From Sporopachydermia quercuum (taxonomy: Eukaryota): a stretch of 64,000 nt of DNA. The notes beneath the pieces were generated by a model. That model saw nothing but the letters and a program-made list of their open reading frames with translations, was not told the origin of the DNA and made no database searches. The DNA lies in the NCBI GenBank assembly GCA_001599295.1, contig BCGN01000006.1:1240001-1304000 (forward strand), in the 5' to 3' direction. Every line of letters begins with the position of its first letter. Position 1 is the first letter of the stretch. Below are positions 56,256 to 64,000 of this stretch, in pieces. The translations under genes were made by a program, and so were the position numbers.

Positions 56256-59200
56256 TTTTAACAATAGGACCTATGATTTATGCCGGTTATGGTACAATAA
56301 TGCTGTTGGCCGTTGTTTCGTTGAGAAGTGCTGTTCTTTTCTGAGTGGAACTTTCCTTTCGATGTAAAAATAAATGAGTAAATCACTGACTGGTTCTGAA
56401 AAAGGTAAACAGGCACACAGGGAGAAAGAATACCGAACAATACCACTTCAAGGCAACTTGGGATTTAGTATTTTGATGGTAAGCAATCAGTTGGAATCCT
56501 AAATCTCAAAACTAATAAACAATCAAATCGTTTGAACCATGCTAGTTTCCCCATCAACTTGTCAGTATGAACAAGAAGAGGTATAGAGTATCGGAAAACA
56601 GGATGAGGATGAGATTATATTCTCTAGTCATTTGAAAAATTAACAGAAAACAGAAATGATATACGAAAAAATGACAGATTTAGAAAGGATTCTAAACTTT
56701 AATCTTAATTTGGGAGAAGAACAATATATCTAAACTTACTTTTAGCTTTTTGCAGAAAGAAGAAAGTTTTTGCACTTAACGTTTAGATACTATCAAAAGT
56801 TAAATAACTAAGGTTCTGTGACATAGTAAGACAAGAAAGTTGGTTTTTTTATGTCTTGATTTGAGAACGGCTAAACTCTATGCAATCATAGTATACAGGA
56901 TTTAAGCAAGTATTACCATTTTGGAATCGTTGTGATTGACAACCAATCAGATGAAATAAGAGACATTAAGATAGCATAAGTTTGGTAGCTTTAAGTGGAA
57001 CATACTGGATGAGAAAGAAGAAGGAGCTTGGATGGTGCTCCGCTGCAAACGAACATTTTCTATAGATAGACAAACTCTATAATTGCATAATATTATAGTC
57101 AATGAAATATTTCCCAATTATTGTTTGACCTTGTTCAATTCCACATTAGTTCGTTCTACAAGTCATTGGCTAGTAATCGGCTTTACCGAATCCTTAAAAT
57201 GGTCAACTATAATCGTATAATAATCAATAACTTGGTATCATTCATTATATGTTTCTTTTGATTCATGCAGGGATTGTGATGCAAAATTTTCGCACAAGAA
57301 CCATTATGTGTCCAGGCTATCAAAGTGTATGCAATTTTCATGTATGGAAAGATTGTTACTTGTTTCTTTGTCTTATTTTATATGTATGTGATAATTCAAA
57401 GTGACATGAGTGTCCAATCTGAGATGCCTTATTAAATTGCCAGATCTCTATCAAACTCAGAATCTTTCAATGACATTGCAACTACGACCTTGCAATGGCT
57501 GGTCGCATGAATTAGTATCCTAACAATACAACTCAACATTGTGTACTAGTAGAAATAATGCATAATTGACATATTTGATTGTATATATGTAGGTTAACTG
57601 ATTACTGTTGTGTTATTGAACCTGTTTTCTGGACACTGTCGCTAAGGATTGAAAGGACTGTGCGCCTTCTGTAATTGGAATCTATAAGAATGTATGTGAC
57701 TGATCTTTTATATGTACATACAAATGAGCCAGTTTTTTAAATTATTTACCCTGTCTATTTACTATACTGATTATGTTCTTATGCCGAATTTCAATGTAGC
57801 AGAAATTGAGCTATGCGATGATACCTTCAATGGAATAGAATCAAACGAACAGACTTCTTTCATCACTATGAACGAAATTACCCACCTTCTACTTATTGTC
57901 GAGTCAAAATAGTTCTGATACTCTATTCAATATTTTTGAGGTGTGCTTGATTTCAGGAATATAGAGAGATCGCTTTCTTAATTTAGTTGTGAGAGATTAT
58001 TGATGTTTCCCATCAGCAATTGGTCTCTATAGCAATAATTCCAGTAGGTTTCTCAGCGATTTTGTCCCAGAATACCTAGAGGCCCGGGACAAATCCCTGA
58101 CTTTTAAAGGGGAAGGATATTGAAGAGAAGAAAGGTTCTTTAGGTACTTGAAGTAACTTATCCTATCGTTGAATTCAATGTTGTAAAGTGTTGAAGCTCT
58201 TCAGGTTGAATATGAATCTCGTTGGTTAGTGGGAAAAAATTACATAGACCCCACTCATTCGTATGTGTTTGAGAGTAGTAAAAGTAACAATCCCTGACAA
58301 ACAAACGAGATGAGTGACTATACTCCGATCTCAACACTGTTGAATCTACTACAAAGGAATCAATAAATTATAATTCATTATATATCAAGCAATTAAAAAT
58401 ATACAAAATCCGATTTAAAGAGCAACACTTGATTTTTTTCTTGTTAAATATTGACTCTTGATAATCCATTTTCAATTGCGAAAACCAATTCGAGAGCANN
58501 CCATTCATTCTCCTTCATAACGTAACATGTCTCGAAACAACTTTCTTACAGTAGGAACGCCTTTCTTATTGAGCTCCATTCCACAATCAAAATAAGAATA
58601 AAGTTTCCACAGTCTTTTCACTTATTTTTAGAAGTTTATTTTTATGATTGAAAAAGACGTTTACCTTAAGAGTGATGCATATATCAATCACATCATCTGG
58701 GTGAAAAATCCATAACTCTCTCCGGAAGCAGCTTTACATAAGCATACCTTCGATTTTGGGTAATAACTTGTTGATCATTTTACCACGAAAAATAGCGTAA
58801 TCTAAGGTATTATCATTGAATGATAATATTTCTATTTCCTTGACTTAATTGTAATCATGAATCTCGGTCAGCAATTCTCATAACAATGGCAGATGAGAAA
58901 TTATTGAAATTAGAATAATGGACAGTAAGGTTAAGGTTGCATCAAAGATGCAAGTCTAGGATAAGGACATGAAAACTGTGACAAAATAATATCAAACAAT
59001 GTTTAAGTTTACACATTAATGTTAATTAAGGTTAGAATATTTATATGATAAATATGGATTGACTTTCCATATTTGAACTTTCCTAGTTTACTAACTCTTA
59101 AAACATATCTTGTCTATGAATAAGCTACCCTTCTGATTTCCTAGTATTTTCAGTTGATTAATGAGTTATTGTTAGAGATTTTTGTTTGGTATAGATACCA

Positions 59201-59875
59201 TCTTAATCTTCAAATGACGCTACTTATCATTGGTAATACTATTCGTAGTAAGTTTAACCCATCTACCTTCTACATCAATGGCTGAATTTCTATTATTTTC
59301 ACCAATTGAAAGTTTCTTAGCTGCTTCACCTACCTTGAAACTCACGTTATTTGAATAGCTGTCCGAAATAATAATGCACTTCCTCTACTAAAAATTGGAC
59401 GTGAAAATATTACTAATATCTCATCATGGAATATTATGGCGTTACATTGCTTCCGTTGGTTCCAATGAGGAAATGAGTAATCGGAGATAAGGCATCGATG
59501 AGCCTGCACGTGATTATTTTAACAGTAGAGTAAGTCCGACTCAAACTAATTTAATTTAGCGTATTGTTGAAGATGTAAGACAATTGTTAAAGAAATTGAA
59601 CAAACTAAGTCTCAATATTTGTTGAATAAATGAGCATTACAATGCAAGGACGAGCAACGCTAGAAAAGGACGAATCTGGGAAAATTGGATGCCTCATCAC
59701 GGATGAATGATACTATGTAGATGATAGTAATGATAATTAAAGGAAAGATGCAGCAATACTCGTGAACTTTCATAAGTTGTGAAATATCAAAGATGAGATA
59801 CCAGAAAGCCAAAGTAAACAAGAATAAAGTTTTAGCAGTGGAAAGATTAAACTGACTGATTNGAGAAGCTGTTTT

Positions 59876-59913
59876 ATCCTGTTGTTTCATCCTGTTGTTT
59901 CATCCTGTTGTTT
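59876..59913 (+). repeat. 13-bp tandem repeat ATCCTGTTGTTTC x~3
   Basis: Directly visible in intergenic DNA. Confidence 0.85.
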
Positions 59914-62900
59914 TTGGCCGCTGAATCACCTGTTCAAAGTAAGCCAGAGACTTTCAGGGGATGACTCACGTAGAAAAATGTGTCAAGATGAATGGGATAA
60001 TTCTATTTGGAAGACTTTGAACAGAATTGGATATTTTGCTACTCTGAATTATATTCTACCGGTTTGAATTCACAATTTAAATGCATTCAATTGATTATTT
60101 GTCAATGCGACTTTATGGCTTCATAAGTCTATCTGCCAGACTATTTAACTCAGTTCAATCACGATTTCATTTCCCCGTTTGTATATTACATATTTGCAAC
60201 CATTCAATGGACTATCATTGCCATTTCCACTTTGATGTTAAGTCACAATCCCTCGATTGTATAAGCAGCCAATGAGTGCTCAATTGTTGGTGGGTTAATC
60301 TTAGTAAGAACGCTTCAGTGCTGGTTTATTAAACTCCATTTATGCCTATAAATTGCTACCACCAGTAGAAATATCGTGCCAAAGAATATGTGAAAAATGT
60401 ATCTTTCATATATACCAAATTTCATTCAATTCCCCAACTAAACTACTACGATTCACTACTTTTATTCAAATTCTCGAGGGGCTGCTCAATCACATTCAGA
60501 TCCTTTTGTTCGCAATTTGCCCAAAAGATCAAACTCAGAGATATTAACACTTTCTTATTCTTCCAATGTTACCAAATTACTAAACTGGTGTATTATTAAC
60601 GCCATTCTTTCAACTCTTAAGTCAACAGTGCCAAGTACGGATTTACACCTTTCCTTTATCAAAATAAATCTACATGCTATAATGAATAATCTATCTTAAC
60701 GAATAAATACATCATATCGATAAATAACATTACCGTTTTCTCCAATCATATTCTTCTCTTCTCGTTCTCTATGAAAAGTAGAAAAAACTTCCATGCGAAA
60801 TAAGTTCAAGACGCTAAAACTCTAATTTATATAAAAACCGTCTTTTCCCACGCTTTTTCAGGACATAAGATACACCGGATTTCAGGTAAGTTTGAAAGAG
60901 ACAAACAAATCTTAGTACCGCAAGGTAGCTAATTTGGAAAGCTTGAATGAAAATAACAAGGTTACCAGTTCAATCTTGACTTCAAAAAAATTAATAGTTC
61001 ACATAGTAACTTTAAATGAGAATCTCCAAGTAAGAACCGAGATGCAAATATGTGTACTCTATATATATTTCAACATGATACTTCTTTCAGGAAAGATTAT
61101 CCGTAGACGTTTCCCGTAAGCCAATGTCTTAGTTTTTGTTATGTTTCTTCATCAAATATTGCGACATTTAACATGAGGCCGCAAATTTAGCATCTACGTT
61201 GAACCATTTCAAGTAACATGTAATCGTAAAATCATCTCTCTCAATTGGTAGCTTTTAACGGGGAATGTCAATTGACATGAGTGCATGCATTATATGCATG
61301 AAAGATAAAGGTCAATAAACGAAAAGGATCAATAAAAGTTGATAGGTTTGGTTGAAACGGTAGAGGGATCTACTTGGATAGTTGTTGTTATTTAGAATTC
61401 AATGAGCAGTCTCTACAAACGAGCTTGGTTGTTGAGATGAAATAGCAAGGAGGTGTAAATGTATTTCAATGTTTTACCTATCAAAGTTCTCACAGCTTTA
61501 ATGAGATATGTGAAATTTCATCTCACCTTTCGTCTTGTTGTTAGCAGCGATTGAAGGAGACAAGTTTCACCGAAAGATTCATATAATAGGGCCTTAAAAT
61601 GAGACAATTGAGACATAATCAGCCGAACAAAGATACCTCATCAGAACATCATTTGCTTCTTATGTTTTGGTAAAACCGCGATCGTGTCCTAAAGTGGAAT
61701 TGGATTTAGTTTACCGTTTTTTCAATTGAAACTTCCCCATTTTTTTAATCATTCTATCAACACTGTTTCCTTCTTGGGTTTATGTTGAGTTTTCCTCTCT
61801 TTTCAACATTGTATCATCGTTAAACTATTTACTGCTGGTGCTTCGAAGTATTTTCAACAGCAAAATCTACACCTTTTCCTGCAATCAGAAGCGATTGAAA
61901 AGCCTGGACTATGGGTTGCCCTTTTTAAATAAAGTTCACTCGTCCCTTAATAATACACACTAAAAGTTCACTAAAATTTTCCACCGATGCATCCAAATCT
62001 AATCGTTTGTCTATGTCTCATCTCCTATAAACTGTGACAAATTATGTGGGGAAATTTAATCCTCGCTTACGTACAAAATAAATGTGACAAAACTTCGACC
62101 GGAATCCGAGCAAACTATTTTTTTTCCGCGTCTGAAGGAATGATAAACCCAATTTTCTAATTATTCCGTACAACAGTTAGGAAAAGGCAATGCAATAATT
62201 ACAGTCCTTTTTTGGAATGTGGAAGAGAAGAAGCAGAACACAAAACAAGCGAAGAAATACATCCATAATAGGAGTTTTAATGTCGCGATAAGAAAAAAAC
62301 TGGAAATGAAAAAAAAAAGCTTTCACAGCTTATCACCAACTTCTTTTTCCATTCAGTGATTGATACTATAGTATAATCAATTTACCTTATTCAGTAATCG
62401 TTATGCAATGAGACATACCCTATAATTGTTCTCTAACGCATCGGATGCTTGACCTTCTCTGTTCCCATTTGGTAGATGTTTTATCCGAAAGGTGGGGGCG
62501 TACCTGATCTCATTCAACCCTAGAGTTGATTGTCTGCGGTAATGAACCATGAAATGAACCCAACATATTTGATGTGGAAGCGACAATTAAAATGTTGACT
62601 CCTACTTATTATATTAGTTCTTCTTACTGTAGACCCGTAATATTCTCTAGAACAGTGATTTCAAGCTGATGAGAGGCAGTTGTTTGAATTCTGATTGTTG
62701 AAGAAGGAAAAAGCTAACCAGAAAATAACCCTCTTCCATATGCTTCCATACCCCATCGTTAAGCATCGCATGTCCTCGTGATAATTATTTTCCGTCACAT
62801 TGTACTTCTATGAAATCTATTCATTGCTTATCGGAAGATGATATCCATCGGTTCATGATGATTGTAGAATCTAGTGAGACAGTTGCAATTGATGTTTCGA

Positions 62901-63927
62901 CTTCTGGTTCCCTTGTTTGATATTACATCTCATTTCTCTTGCACCATAATATTCTATCTTCCTTCTGCTTCTTATATTTTCCTTTCATGAGGCTAATTGA
63001 GGCCAACGAACGCACCCTAAACAGTTCGTTCACAATAATGATAATCGTATCATCCACTTGTTTCTCTTTCCAGTTAAGCCCTAACAGCACTTGATATGCG
63101 TATACTATATAACACATTATCTGCATCTGCATCACCAACAGTGCTTGATTCGTTCATCCATAACCATTTTCAACTTCATACCATCAAACCCACTAGTCAT
63201 CTTATGCACTGATTGGTCTTAGTTAATGACCGATGAGCGCATTCCGCATTCATCACATATGTTTCTGCAGCACTGACCTGCATTCCCATAAACTTAATCC
63301 CCTTGTACTTTTTCCTACTTTTATGTAATCATAAATTATTTCATTCAGACGCGTTTCATAATCCATAATTTCGTTTGAAATCGTTTCGAACTTTATACTA
63401 TGAAACGATTTCTTCTGAAAGTAGTAATTTTCAATTTCTGCTAACCGCTCGAAACATTGCAATCGAGCAAATTTCGATACGCGAGCTATGATACTGATTG
63501 TAGTTGTTGATATTTTGGTATCAGATTTATTGGTTTCAGTTTTTATTATTATCTGTGTGGTTTCATGAATTCATGGTATCGAATCTTTCTTGTTTCCATT
63601 ATTCTTCCTTTTACTTTTTACTGACAATTGGATGATGATCGAGATTGAAACAATTGAATTGTGAACTATCTCGATCAAATCAATCATACTGTGATTTGGC
63701 AAGACTTATCGTATTGTGTCGAGATTTTTCAGTATTTTAAACACGCTTCGATTCTTTATCAGTTGAGTAGTTAGATGACCTCTAAATAGTGTTTTGTGTT
63801 GATCTTCGTATCTGGGAAGTGACACGTTACTGTTTCAAAGTGTCTTATTGAATTTTCGGAATAAATTCCTGATTTTATAGTCAGTTCTCCTAATATTCTA
63901 CCAATACGATATAAAACCAACTACACA

Positions 63928-64000
63928 ATGACAAATCCTGAAATACAAATCCTGAAGACACGACAACCGGTCGAAGCTGTCGGAGATAAAGAGGAATCTA
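63928..64000 (+). CDS. Possible start of a gene running off the window (MTNPEIQILKTRQPVEAVGDKEES...)
   Basis: ATG in a good ACACAATG context, open to the window edge; no recognisable homology. Confidence 0.25.
   Translation, partial: MTNPEIQILKTRQPVEAVGDKEES

Noticed and set aside
49048..59913. The two 13-bp tandem repeats (49048-49082, 59876-59913) as CRISPR or telomeric seeds
   Set aside because: Eukaryotic context, no spacers, only ~3 copies, and the units are unrelated; ordinary slippage minisatellites.

Overview
Eukaryotic, AT-rich (roughly mid-30s % GC) yeast-like fungal chromosome segment, most consistent with an intron-containing, early-diverging Saccharomycotina. Evidence: GTAAGT/GTATGT donors, (T/G)ACTAAC-type branch points, and CTG at conserved Leu positions in TRP2, i.e. 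standard code. About 19 protein genes can be supported: a divergent CCH1 Ca2+ channel, METTL16-like U6 m6A methyltransferase (6 exons), PSF1, WAPL/WPL1, PDX3, FEX fluoride exporter, an acidic protein with a RAD51AP1-like C-terminal motif, a membrane-anchored histidine acid phosphatase, SEC20, NAB3, SHP1/UBX1, a mitochondrial RNB-domain protein, PTH2, a DNAJC8/Spf31 J-protein, PTC2/3, malic enzyme, TRP2, TatD and a Dot6/Tod6-like Myb factor. About 7.7 kb without a convincing gene follows. No tRNA, rRNA, CRISPR or intact mobile element was recognised. Best leads: (1) an unannotated ~1 kb highly base-paired plus-strand RNA candidate at ~36790-37830; (2) a Cch1 whose pore selectivity residues are degenerate; (3) a Dss1/Cyt-4-like RNase II protein lacking catalytic motifs; (4) a mitochondrial-presequence-like extension of PDX3 interrupted by one in-frame TGA. 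All base pairings and family assignments were made by eye and from recalled motifs, not computed.
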